DNA of 64,000 nt from Heptranchias perlo. Taxonomy: Eukaryota. The position numbers and the translations under genes are program-made. The stretch's first letter is position 1, and each line of letters opens with the position of its first letter. Positions 51,825 to 63,678 of this stretch are shown here, one piece after another. A model generated the notes under the pieces. The model was not told the origin of the DNA. It saw nothing but the letters and a program-made list of their open reading frames with translations, and did not search any database. The stretch spans positions 7,440,001 to 7,504,000 of the forward strand of contig NC_090353.1 of the NCBI RefSeq assembly GCF_035084215.1. The letters are read 5' to 3'.

Positions 51825-53050
51825 GGATACACAGTTCAATGTAAATATCACAATTCAAAACCAGTACAATTCAACCAAAACATTACAGATCATACACAAA
51901 GCAATCTACAACAATTCAAATACAGTATTTCTTATGACTCATTGTGTACAAGGCCTTACCCCATAGAGCCTTTGCTTAGGTCACACCTCAGTGTCCCACA
52001 GCATGTACGCCTGGACCTTGGAGTATGCCAGTCGGCAAAACTCAGTCATGGACAGCTCCTTCAGCTGGAAGGCCAGCATGTTTTAGGTGGAACAAAGGGC
52101 CTCCTTCACAGAGTTGATATCTGTCTCTGTGTCCATCCCAGGGAACAGCCCTTAGAGCACTGTGTCCTGTGTTACCGAGCTGTTTGAGATGAACCAGGAC
52201 AGATATCAATGCATCTCTCTCCACACCTTCTGCCCAAAGGGGCAGCCCATCAGGAGGTGGACGACAGTCTTCTCCCTGCCACAGGCTCAAGGGTACCTCA
52301 CAGTGGTACTGTGGTTCCATGTGGGTTGGAGGGGCCGCACAGAGAGGGCCTTTCTCACCACCATTCAGGCTACATCCTGGTGCCTGTTGGTCAGTTCATG
52401 ACAAAACATTCTGCCAAATGGCATCAACCATCTGGTCAGGGAAGAAACCAGTCAAGTCCACCCTCTCCATTCCTTACAGGATTCAGAACATTTCATGTCA
52501 ACCGTTGTTTGACAGCCTTGTGGTCAAAAGGGTTCCTCCTCAGGAAGAAAGAGAAAGGAAACAGTCCAACTAGACAGGACATTGTGCACCTGCTCAGCCA
52601 GCATGGGTGTTAGACAGGTAGAAACTCAGCTTGTAGAGACACTTGGTGTTTGTGTACTGGGGCTCTACACATATCCTGAGGTAGCCACATACAAAGGTGG
52701 CCATCAGGATCAGAGTGGCATTGGGGACACTCTTCCCCACTTTGTCTGGGGGCTTGTACATGGTGGCCCTACAGACAAAGTGGAAGGTGGCTCAGGTGAC
52801 TAACAGCAGAGTTATGGGGAATGGGCCAGACCCTGGCCACAGGGCAACACCACAAGTATCTCACACCTTATCACCAGGTTCCTGCCAGTTATGGAGGGGG
52901 GAAATTATCCCACCCACATACCAAACTTCTGTTCGGCCTTGGCAATCCACTCCCAGTTCTTTGTGCAAGCCAGGGCCCCCCAAACTAGATCCCCAGTAGT
53001 CAGACTTGAGTGAAGGGCACATGGGACCAAGCCTCCCACCTGCTCCCCTG
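51825..53050 (-). mobile_element. Tx1/L1-like LINE ORF2 3' fragment
   Basis: Minus-strand translation around 51960-52330 gives a CCHC-knuckle-like GEKTVVHLLMGCPFGQKVWREMH..LFPGM.TETDIN, consistent with a Tx1-type C-terminus. Confidence 0.65.
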
Positions 53051-53535
53051 GCACATGAAGATTACACCAAAACCATTACAGGTATAGTTACTTCTAGAAA
53101 CATTACAGCATCTCCCTTGCCACACCCACTTGTAAAATAAGGCAACATTCAATTCATTAAAAACAGAAAGGCACCAAAGTCACAGGTTATGGCCAGCAGT
53201 AGCTAAAAGAACAAAGATTAAGGTTTTGTGTGTGAACTGTAACAAGGAGGGACCAAACCTACTTTCAAAACAGGACTGAATCACTGCAGATACCCACACA
53301 GAAGCTGAGTAATTGAGCTGAATGGAGAACCACATTAGACCACATCAATTAAACGGCTCTAAAACTACCCAGGAACATCTTAACAAGATGAAAAAAAGAT
53401 ACTTACAGAAATTTAACAAAGAAACACCAGCCACACAAATGAGTCCAGACTCCTTATCCAAATAACAATTTCCCTGATAATAAAAACCTGACCTCCGAAT
53501 GGCCATTGTCCCAACTTTAATAGTCAATTAGCTTA

Positions 53536-53570
53536 TGACGTCACCTATGCCCCTCCCCCAGGGGCGGGGC
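53536..53570. promoter_or_regulatory. Candidate promoter: perfect CRE/ATF site plus GC box (possible CTNS promoter)
   Basis: TGACGTCA 53536-53543 and GGGGCGGGGC 53561-53570 in a repeat-free, locally CpG-retaining stretch; minus-strand GTAAGT donor starting at 53406. Confidence 0.4.
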
Positions 53571-55409
53571 CTGGAGGGTTGAGTACCAATGGGATGACTG
53601 GGCTCATCACTGGTTGGGTAGTGGGGTCAATTACATTGGCCGCTTTGAGTGTAGCGGCCGCTGGGGAACGGAGCAGCGGTGAACCTATGGGTCAGTGTCC
53701 GAGTGATGGGACAACTATTGTCCAACCATGTCCAGAGACACCGCTCCCAGCCCAGTCTGTGCCGGCAGATGACACAGACCCGTGGATCCAACTCTGCTCG
53801 CCCACAAACTCAACATGTTAAGAGCTGGTGTTGAGTCAGTAGCGGCATTAGACACGAGATAATTGAAGATAATTACAGATGAGAAAGAATACCAATTAAT
53901 CCAGAAAGACCCTACAGTCTCCATATTGCAGAACAAATTGCTTCTGAATTGATTCCTGGATTTTGGCCTCCTCTACCTGGGAGTCCATTTCAGGTATTGA
54001 TCGCTCTGTGTGAACTTTTAAAAATTAATTCTTGGGATATGGGCGTCACTGGCAAGGCCAGCATTTATTTCCCATTCCTTGTTGCCCTTGAGACAGTGGT
54101 GGTGGGCCTTCTATTTGAACCCCCTGCAGTCCATGTGGTGAAGGTGCTCCCAGAATGCTGTCAGGTGGGGAGTTCCAGGACGGTGAAGGAACGGCCGATA
54201 TATGTCCAGGTCAGGATGGTGTGTGACTTGGTGGGGGACTTGGAGGTGATGGTGTTCCCATGCACGTTCCCCCAATCAGTCTTTTACCAGTTTGAACCTG
54301 TGTCTTCTCACCCACTAACCTCCAGATAAACATTGGGAAGCCCGAAGCTATTGTCCCCACCATAAACTCCGCTCCCTCTGCATCCCCTCCTTCCATGGCC
54401 ACTGGTCACAGGCTGTACCATTTTCCACAGTTTTGGTCTCGTGTTTGACCCTGTTAAGCCCATATTCTCTCTATCACAAGACATCACCGACCTCTCTCTC
54501 TACCTAAACCCACCTGCTGCTGAAACTATCATACGGGCCTTCATCACCTCCAGATTCAATTACTCTGATTCTCCCCTTACCAGCCTTCCATCCTTCACCC
54601 TCCATAAACTCCAACTCATCCAAACTCTGCTGCTCGTCTCCTATCCCACACCAAGTCCTACTCAACCATCACCCCTGTCATCACTAATCCACATTGGCTT
54701 CTGTTCCCCCAATGCCTCAACTTTGAAATTCTCATCCTTGTCTTTAAATCCCTCCATGCTCTCACCCCTCTCTAACCTTCTCCAGCCTACAACCCACCAA
54801 CTCCCTGGGAACCTTCTGTTCTCTCTCTGGCCTCTTTTGCATCCCTTCTTCCTTCATTCCTCTATTGGGGCCATGACTTCAGCTGCATTACTGTGAATTA
54901 CTTTGAGACAATTTTTCCATGTTAAAGGGTCTATAGAAATACAAGTCGTTGATAATGTTCCAAGATGCTTTAGAGGGGCGTGGAATATAGTAGATAATGG
55001 AGTAAAAGGCCAGACACTGAGCCATGGTGAGCGTTAGGAGAGGTGACCAAAAGCTTTGGTCGAAAAGATGTCATTTGAGAAGATTTTTAAAGGTGGAAAG
55101 AGAAGATGCAAAGGGGTTTGGAAAGAGAGCTCCAGTTCAGGGGCTGAGGCAACTGAAGGCTCTGCCACCAATGGTGGAGCAAAGGGAAGGGGTGCAGCAG
55201 CCCAGAGTCAGGATCGAAGGGTGTTGGAGGGGATGTGAGGCTGAAGGAGATTCCTGATATAGGCTGAGGTGAGATTGTGAAGGTGAGGATAAGGATCTTA
55301 AATTCAATATATCGGGGACTGGGATCCAGCGTAAGTCAGCAAGAATGGGGGGTGGAGGGAGGGGTGAGTGACCAGGAATTTATGTGGGACAGAATATAGA
55401 CACCTGAAT

Positions 55410-56660
55410 TATAACAAATCTTCTGCAGTTTTTTGAGGAGGTAACTAGTCGAATAGATAGGGGAGAACCAGTGGATGTAGTGTACTAGGATTTTCAGAAG
55501 GCTTTTGATCAGGTCCCACACAAGAGGTTAGTGTGCAAAATTAAAGCACATGGGATTGGGAGGAATATACTGGCATGGATTGAGAATTGGTCGACAGACA
55601 GGAAACAGAGTGGGAATAAACGGGTCTTTTTCCAGGTGGCAGGCAGTGACTGTTGGGGTACCGCAGGGATCAGTGGTTGGGCCCCAGTTATTCACAATAT
55701 ATATCAATGATTTGGATGAGGGAACTAAATGTAACATTTCCAAGATTGCAGATGACACAAAGCTGGGGTGGAATGTGAGGAGGATGCAAAGAGGCTCCAG
55801 TGTGATTTAGACAAGTTGGGTGAGTTGGCAAGAACATGGCAGATACATGGATAAATGTGAGGTTATCCACTTTGGTTGTAAAAACAGAAAGACAAATTAT
55901 TATCTGAATGGTGATAGATTGGGAAAAGGGGAGGTGCAATGAGACCTGGGTGTCCTTGTACACCAGTCGCTGAAAGCGGGCATTCAGGTGCAGCAAGCAG
56001 TTAGGAAGGCGAATGGTATGTTGGCCTTCATTGCAAGAGGATTTGAGTACAGGAACAGGGATGTCTTACTGCAGTTGTACAGGGCCTTGGTGAGATTACA
56101 TCTGGAGTATTGTGTGCAGTTTTTGTCTCCTTATCTGAGGAAGGATGTCCTTGCCATGGAGGGAGTGCAACAAAGGTTTACCAGACTGATTCCAGGGATG
56201 GCAGGACTGACGTATGAGGAGAGATTGGGTCGACTAGGCCTATATTCACGAGAGTTTAGAAGAATGAGAGGTGATCTCATCGAAACATAAAATTCTAACA
56301 GGACTAGACAGACTAGATGCAGGGAGGATGTTCCTGATGGCTGGGGAGTCCAGAACCAGGGGTCACAGTCTCAGGATACGGGGTATGCCATTTAGAACCG
56401 AGATGAGGAGAAATTTCTTCACTCAGAGTGTGGTGAACCTGTGGAATTCTCTACCACAGAAGGCAGTGGAGGCCAAGTCATTAGATGTATTCAAGAAGGA
56501 GATCGATATATTTCTTAATGCTAAAGGGATCAAGGGATATGGGGAAAAAGTGGGAACAGGGTACTGAGTTAGGCGATCAACCATGATCATTTTGAATGGT
56601 GGAGCAGACCCGAAGGGCCTAATGGCCTACTCTTGCTCCTATTTTCTATGATTCTGTGAT
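55410..56660 (+). mobile_element. CR1 LINE RT plus 3' UTR
   Basis: [60 protein letters not shown]; tail ttctatgattctgtgattc. A second CR1 3' end follows at ~56830-57050. Confidence 0.9.
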
Positions 56661-58146
56661 TCTCAGGCACTGACCCCTTCCGTGTAACATCTGCGCTATC
56701 AGACTGCTTGCCTGACATCCAATTTTGGAGGAGCTGTAACTTCCACCAGCCAAATATTAGGAAGACTAATGCCCTTGCCACAAACTCCAATAATGCTACC
56801 ATTGGCTCCATCCCTGGGTAAAGAACCAGACGAGGAGATGAGGAGAATTGTTTTTACACAGCGAGTTGTTATGATCTGGAATGCACTGCCTGAAAGGGTG
56901 GTGGAAGCAGATTCAATAGTAACTTTCAAAAGGGAATTGGATATACACTGGAAAATTTGCAGGAGAATGGGACTAATTGGATAGCTCTTTCAACGAGCCG
57001 GCACAGGCAAGATGGGCTGAATGGCCTCCTTCTGTGCTGTATGATTCTGATTCATCCTCCTCCTCGGTCACGATCTCGGCCTGAATCAGACTGTTCACAT
57101 TTTGGTGTTATGCTCAACCCCAAACTGAGCTTCTGACCCCATATCCTCTCCATCGTAAAGACTGCCGACATCCACCTCCAGAACATCACTCACCCTCCAC
57201 ATCTACCTCAGCCCATCTGAATCCCTGATATTCATGCCTTTATCATTTCCACATTAGATTACTCCAGTGCTCTCTCGGCTCACCTCCCACCCTCTGTAAA
57301 CTTGAGCTCATCTAAAATGTTGCTGCCCGAATCCTCTCCCACACCATCACCCCCACCCTTGCTGATCTACATTGGTTTACAGTCCCTCAATGTCTGAAAT
57401 TTAAAATTCTCATCCTCGTGTTTAAATCCTTTAATGGCCTCGCCCCTCCCTATCTCTGTAACCTCCTCCAACCTTACAAACCCCCCTCTCCGAACTCTCC
57501 ATTCCTCTGCCTCGGGCCTCTTGTACATCCTCCCCACCCTTCACCCACCATTAACAGCCGTGCATTCAGGCACCGAGATCCCACTTTGTGAAATTCCCTC
57601 CATAGATCCCTCCACCTCCTTCTCCTCCTTTACAACCCACCTCTTTGACTAAGCTTTTGGTCGTCCTTCTTTATCTCTCCTTCTTTGGCTCACTGGGATG
57701 TTTTTCTGCGTTGAAGGTGCAGTAAAAACGCTGTTGTTGTCATCGACATCATCGCCACTGAAATTCAAATCCCGATTTGCCATGTTCTAGCAAATTCTGT
57801 CTGATATGTTATCCCTAGAATCAGTACATTAACTCAAACTCTGATTACATTGTGATTGAATACGATGCACCTTACAGTTGAATAGCTCCCCAACACTGCT
57901 TAGGCTTACACATGAAGACTGGCCATTTGAGCCTGGTTATGGAGTACCCCAGAATGTTGCGGCCTTCAGGAGAGGAAAGGAGTGGGGGGAACATCAGAAC
58001 AAAAACATCGAACGCACTTTGTTCTTTAAATAGTGTGGTGTTTTACCTCACTTTAAGTTGGGTGAGGTGAGGTGGTGTGTAATTTAACATGGGCTTACAG
58101 TGAAATGATCTGCAAATTAATAACAAAAGCTAACACTTCTCTTAAG

Positions 58147-58380
58147 AGTCTGATAACAGAAACTAAGAGAGAAGTGAAGGAGAAGTACGATGCATTGAGG
58201 AAACATATTGAAAATGAAGAGCGAGATGTTTTTCTGTGTCTGGATAAGGAGCAGAGCCGAGTAACAGCAGCGATCGACACACACATCCGCAAGCTGGAAA
58301 AGGAAATGAAATTCTTTGAGACGTGTTTGGTCAATCTCACCGACCTTTCACAGAAGAGTGAAAAGTTTGCATTTATACAG
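58147..58380 (+). CDS. Isolated TRIM-family-like coiled-coil exon (78 codons, phase 0-0); partner exons not identified
   Basis: cttctcttaag|AGTCTG...TTTATACAG|gtaatg, 234 nt open: SLITETKREVKEKYDALRKHIENEERDVFLCLDKEQSRVTAAIDTHIRKLEKEMKFFETCLVNLTDLSQKSEKFAFIQ. The size, phase and heptad pattern ending in F.Q resemble the 231/234-nt coiled-coil exon of TRIM16/25/39-like genes. No RING, B-box or SPRY exon was found in the window. Confidence 0.6.
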
Positions 58381-61118
58381 GTAATGTGTGGTTATATAGA
58401 TAATGTGTATTTATACAGGTAATGTGTGTTTATACAGATAATGTGTGGTTATATAGATAATGTGCATTTATACAGGTAATGTGTGGTTATATAGATAATG
58501 TGTGGTGATATATATAATGTGTATTTATACAGGTAATGTGTGGTTATATAGATAATGTGTATTTATACAGGTAATGTGTGGTTATATATATAATGTGTGG
58601 TTATACAGGTAATGTGTATTTATACAGGTAATGTGTGGTTATACAGATAATGTGTATTTATACAGGTAATGTGTGGTTATATATATAATGTGTGGTTATA
58701 CAGGTAATGTGTATTTATACAGGTAATGTGTGGTTATATATATAATGTGCATTTATACAGATAATATGTGGTTATACAGATAATGTGCATTTATACAGAT
58801 AATATGTGGTTATACAGGTAATGTGCATTTATACAGGTAATGTGTGGTTATACAGATAATGTGCATTTATACAGATAATGTGCATTTATACAGGTAATGT
58901 GTGGTTATATAGGTAATGTGTATTTATACAGGTAATGTGTGGTTATATATATAATGTGTGGTTATACAGGTAATGTGTATTTATACAGGTAATGTGTGGT
59001 TATATAGGTAATGTGTATTTATACAGGTAATGTGTGGTTATATATATAATGTGTGGTTATACAGGTAATGTGTATTTATACAGGTAATGTGTGGTTATAT
59101 AGATAATGTGCATTTATACAGGTAATGTGTGGTTATATATATAATGTGCATTTATACAGATAATATGTGGTTATACAGATAATGTGCATTTATACAGATA
59201 ATATGTGGTTATACAGGTAATGTGCATTTATACAGGTAATGTGTGGTTATACAGATAATGTGCATTTATACAGATAATATGTGGTTATACAGGTAATGTG
59301 CATTTATACAGGTAATGTGTGGTTATACAGGTAATGTGCATTTATACAGGTAATGTGTGGTTATACAGATAATGTGCATTTATACAGATAATATGTGGTT
59401 ATACAGGTAATGTGTGGTTATACAGGTAATGTGCATTTATACAGGTAATGTGTGGTTATACAGGTAATGTGTATTTATACAGGTAATGTGTATTTATACA
59501 GGTAATGTGTATTTATACAGGTAATGTGTGGTTATACAGGTAATGTGTATTTATACAGGTAATGTGTGGTTATATAGGTAATGTGTATTTATACAGGTAA
59601 TGTGTGGTTATATAGATAATGTGCATTTATACAGGTAATGTGTGGTTATATATATAATGTGCATTTATACAGATAATATGTGGTTATACAGATAATGTGC
59701 ATTTATACAGATAATATGTGGTTATACAGGTAATGTGCATTTATACAGGTAATGTGTATTTATACAGGTAATGTGTGGTTATACAGGTAATGTGTATTTA
59801 TACAGGTAATGTGTGGTTATATAGGTAATGTGTATTTATACAGGTAATGTGTGGTTATATAGATAATGTGCATTTATACAGGTAATGTGTGGTTATATAT
59901 ATAATGTGCATTTATACAGATAATATGTGGTTATACAGATAATGTGCATTTATACAGATAATATGTGGTTATACAGGTAATGTGCATTTATACAGGTAAT
60001 GTGTGGTTATACAGATAATGTGCATTTATACAGATAATATGTGGTTATACAGGTAATGTGTGGTTATACAGGTAATGTGCATTTATACAGGTAATGTGTG
60101 GTTATACAGGTAATGTGTATTTATACAGGTAATGTGTGGTTATACAGGTAATGTGTATTTATACAGGTAATGTGTGGTTATACAGGTAATGTGCATTTAT
60201 ACAGGTAATGTGTATTTATACAGGTAATGTGTGGTTATATAGATAATGTGTATTTATACAGGTAATGTGTGGTTATATAGATAATGTGCATTTATACAGG
60301 TAATGTGTGGTTATATATATAATGTGCATTTATACAGATAATATGTGGTTATACAGATAATGTGCATTTATACAGATAATATGTGGTTATACAGGTAATG
60401 TGCATTTATACAGGTAATGTGTGGTTATACAGATAATGTGCATTTATACAGATAATATGTGGTTATACAGGTAATGTGCATTTATACAGGTAATGTGTGG
60501 TTATACAGGTAATGTGTATTTATACAGGTAATGTGTGGTTATATAGGTAATGTGTATTTATACAGGTAATGTGTGGTTATATAGATAATGTGCATTTATA
60601 CAGGTAATGTGCATTTATACAGGTAATGTGTGTTTATACAGGTAATGTGCATTTATACAGATAATGTGTGGTTATATAGATAATGTGTATTTATACAGGT
60701 AATGTGTGGTTATATAGATAATGTGCATTTATACAGGTAATGTGTGGTTATATATATATATAATGTGCATTTATACAGGTAATGTGCGTTTATACAGGTA
60801 ATGTGTGGTTATACAGGTAATGTGTGGTTATTTAGATAATGTGCATTTATACAGGTAATGTGTGGTTATTTAGATAATGTGCATTTATACAGGTAATGTG
60901 CATTTATATAGGTAATGTGTGGTTATTTAGATAATGTGCATTTATATAGGTAATGTGCATTTATACAGGTAATGTGTGGTTATACAGGTAATGTGCATTT
61001 ATACAGGTAATGTGCATTTATATAGGTAATGTGTGGTTATACAGGTAATGTGTGGTTATTTAGATAATGTGCATTTATACAGGTAATGTGCATTTATACA
61101 GGTAATGTGTGGTTATAC
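58362..61118. repeat. 19-bp minisatellite, ~145 copies, consensus GTAATGTG(CAT/TAT/TGG)TTATACAG
   Basis: Period 19 verified directly (58381-58399, 58400-58418); starts in the last bases of the 58147-58380 exon. Confidence 0.97.
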
Positions 61119-61279
61119 CAACGCAGGGCCTCGGTTTAACATCTCATTTGAAAGACAGCCAACTCCCTCAGTATTTTACTGAAGTGTTGGCCTAGATTTT
61201 GTGCTTAAGTCTGGAGTGAGGCTTGAACTCACAACCTTCTGACTCCGAGGCAAGATTGCTACCAACTGAATCACAGAAA

Positions 61280-62410
61280 TACAGTTTACACGAGATGACG
61301 CAGATTACGTGAGATTGTACTGTGCATTTATACAGGTAATGTGTGTTTACATAGGTATCGTTTGTTTACACGTAATGCGAGATTATACATGTAATGTTTA
61401 TTTATAGAGGCAGCGTGCGGTTATACAGGCAAAGTGTGATTCGTCAGGTGATGTGTGCTTATATAGATAATTTGCCCATGTTACATTACGTTCATCCATC
61501 ACCCCACTGTGCTCACTGACCTACATTGACTCCCTGTCCAGGAACGCCTGGATTTTAAAATTCTCATCCTTGTTTTCAAATCCCTCCGTGGCCTCGCCCC
61601 TCCGTATCTCTGTAACCTCCTCCAGCCCTACAACCCTCAGAGTTCTCTGCGTTCTTGCGCATCCCCGATTTTAATCACTCCACCATTGGTGGCCGTGCCT
61701 TCAGCTGCCTAGGCCCTAAACTCTGGAATTCCCTCCCTAAACCTTTCCACCTCTCTTTTCCTTTAAGACACTCTCTAAAACCTATCTCTTTGACCAAGCC
61801 CTGTCCTAATATCTCCTTACGTGGCTCGGTGTCAAATTTTGTTTGATAATCGCTCCTGTGAAGCAGCTTGGGACGTTTTACTACGTTAAAGGCGCTATAT
61901 AAATACAAGTTATTGTTATACAGTTAACATAAGTTTATAATTTGCGTATATAGAGCTGATGTGTCTTTATATAGCTAATTTATGTGTGTAAGAGTAATGA
62001 CGGATTATACAGGTAATGTGCATTTATACAGAAAATACGAGATTATATAGATTATTTGTATTTATACAGGCAATGTGAGTTTATTCAAGTAATAAAAATT
62101 TAAAGAAGTAATGTGAGTTTATACAGGAAATGTCTGCTTATACAAGTAATGTACAGTTATACAGGCAGTTTGTATTTATACAGGTAACGTGAGTTTGACC
62201 AGGTAAGAGAAGTTTTACAGGTATCCTGTGTTTTTACAGGTAATGTGAGAATATTACAGCCAGTGTGAATTTATACATAAATTAGTTGATTCAGGTAATG
62301 TGAGTTTAAACAAGCAATGTCTGTTTAATCAGGTAATGTGACTTTATTCAGGCGATGTGTAGTTTAATCAGGTAATGCGTGTTTAATCAGGTAATTTTTA
62401 CTTTATATAG
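61280..62410. repeat. Degenerate (older) continuation of the 19-bp minisatellite, split by an L2 fragment (61490-61915)
   Basis: Diverged units such as tgtgcatttatacaggtaat, tttatacaggcaatgtgag and tttaatcaggtaatgtg. Confidence 0.8.
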
Positions 62411-62539
62411 GATCCACAATAACCTTTACTCCTGTTCAAGCAGTTGTTTATATTTCAGTTTGTACATTAAAAGATGTTAACATGTTCCTAGCAGAGTTGT
62501 TCACGCTGTCAGTGCCTTCGGAGACTGAGGCTAAGTAAG

Positions 62540-63200
62540 GAAGGTGTGTCAGAGATGGGCCAGAAAGACCTCCAGGCACAATAAAACATCCAAAGTCACT
62601 GCCACTGATGTTAAGGTGTCCACAGTCCTCAGGGTTCATGTACTGGTGATAGCCGTAGCGTCAGCCAGCTTGCTGTCCACAGATGCATTATTCATCATGG
62701 CCAACAACTTCACCATTTTCACCACTCATCAGCAACAGTAACACAGGGCAGCATAATTCCCCCGGTCTTCAGGCTTCCTAAAAGTCCATTTGGGCCCCTG
62801 TGTACAATGCAATGCTATTTATGAACCAGATAGGCCTCATTCCATCAATATGTGGCTGGTATGGAACCGCCAACCCATAATAACACAGGTGGGAGCTTGC
62901 TTCCCAAGTATCTCCCACAATGCCTTTTTATTGAGACAATCATCACTGCCACCTTTATTTGAAGGGGAGCGGAAGGAAGACTCTTGGAAGATCAAGGAGT
63001 GACCCATGGACAGAAGCAGAATGGAGGTACAACCAGAATGATGATCAATCACACCCTGAAGTAGTGTTTCAGATATCTCGAGATGTGAGTGATGCTGGCA
63101 AGACAACATTTATTCAACTCCATGGCTCAAGATTGTGTGTAACCAATCTCCAACCATCCTTAAGGTGTCAGGCCTCTATAACTGCAGTGTAAGCATTCAC
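62540..63200 (+). mobile_element. PIF/Harbinger DDE transposase relic
   Basis: Fragments STDALFIMANNF, HSINMWLVWNRQPIITQVGACFPSISHNAFLLRQSSLPPLFE and PWTEAEWRYN match the Harbinger/HARBI1 pattern HSINVQLVCD..ARFPGS.HDAFILRQS and P.TEAE..YN; catalytic Asp positions appear mutated. Confidence 0.72.
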
Positions 63201-63297
63201 AAGGGGTGACGCCACTGTGCCTATGACCCGTCCCAATGAGGGGTCCGCTGCCAATGCCACAGGAGTGGACACATGCACCATGGCCAACTACGGTCTA

Positions 63298-63678
63298 TAG
63301 GGTGGCCAACTCCAGCTGGACCATATTTCGGGAGGTTTCACCACATGACCTCCTGCCCCCTAAGGCCCCGCCCCCACGCTGCCACCATTGGTCGCCAGGC
63401 ATGTCAGTCAGTCAATAATCGTGGCTACAATACCCAAAATCCTCTGGTCAGCAAACCACTCTATCGGTTGTGTTGTTTTACCGAGCGCACGTGCACCATG
63501 GCCGCATTGCATCCTGGGAGCATTGCGGCCTGACCGTTTGTCGTGAGTCCGGCCAGAGGGAAACAGGAGAGGGAAACGCCCTGATGGTTCTTCTCCCGGG
63601 TGGCTCGCAGGAGTATCCGGGAGATTAATCTTTAATTCCGGGAAACTACAGGTCAGTCCTGGAGGGTTGGGAACCCTA
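63298..63678. mobile_element. Non-autonomous hAT (Blackjack-like) MITE, 381 bp
   Basis: Ends TAGGGTGGCCAAC and GTTGGGAACCCTA (imperfect TIRs resembling TAGGGTGACCA/TAGGGTTGCCA); flanks ACGGTCTA (63290-63297) and ACGGTGTT (63679-63686) give a 6/8 candidate 8-bp TSD. Confidence 0.65.

Noticed and set aside
58362-61118. CRISPR-like array
   Set aside because: Units are contiguous 19-mers with no unique spacers, there are no cas genes, and the context is a eukaryotic intron.
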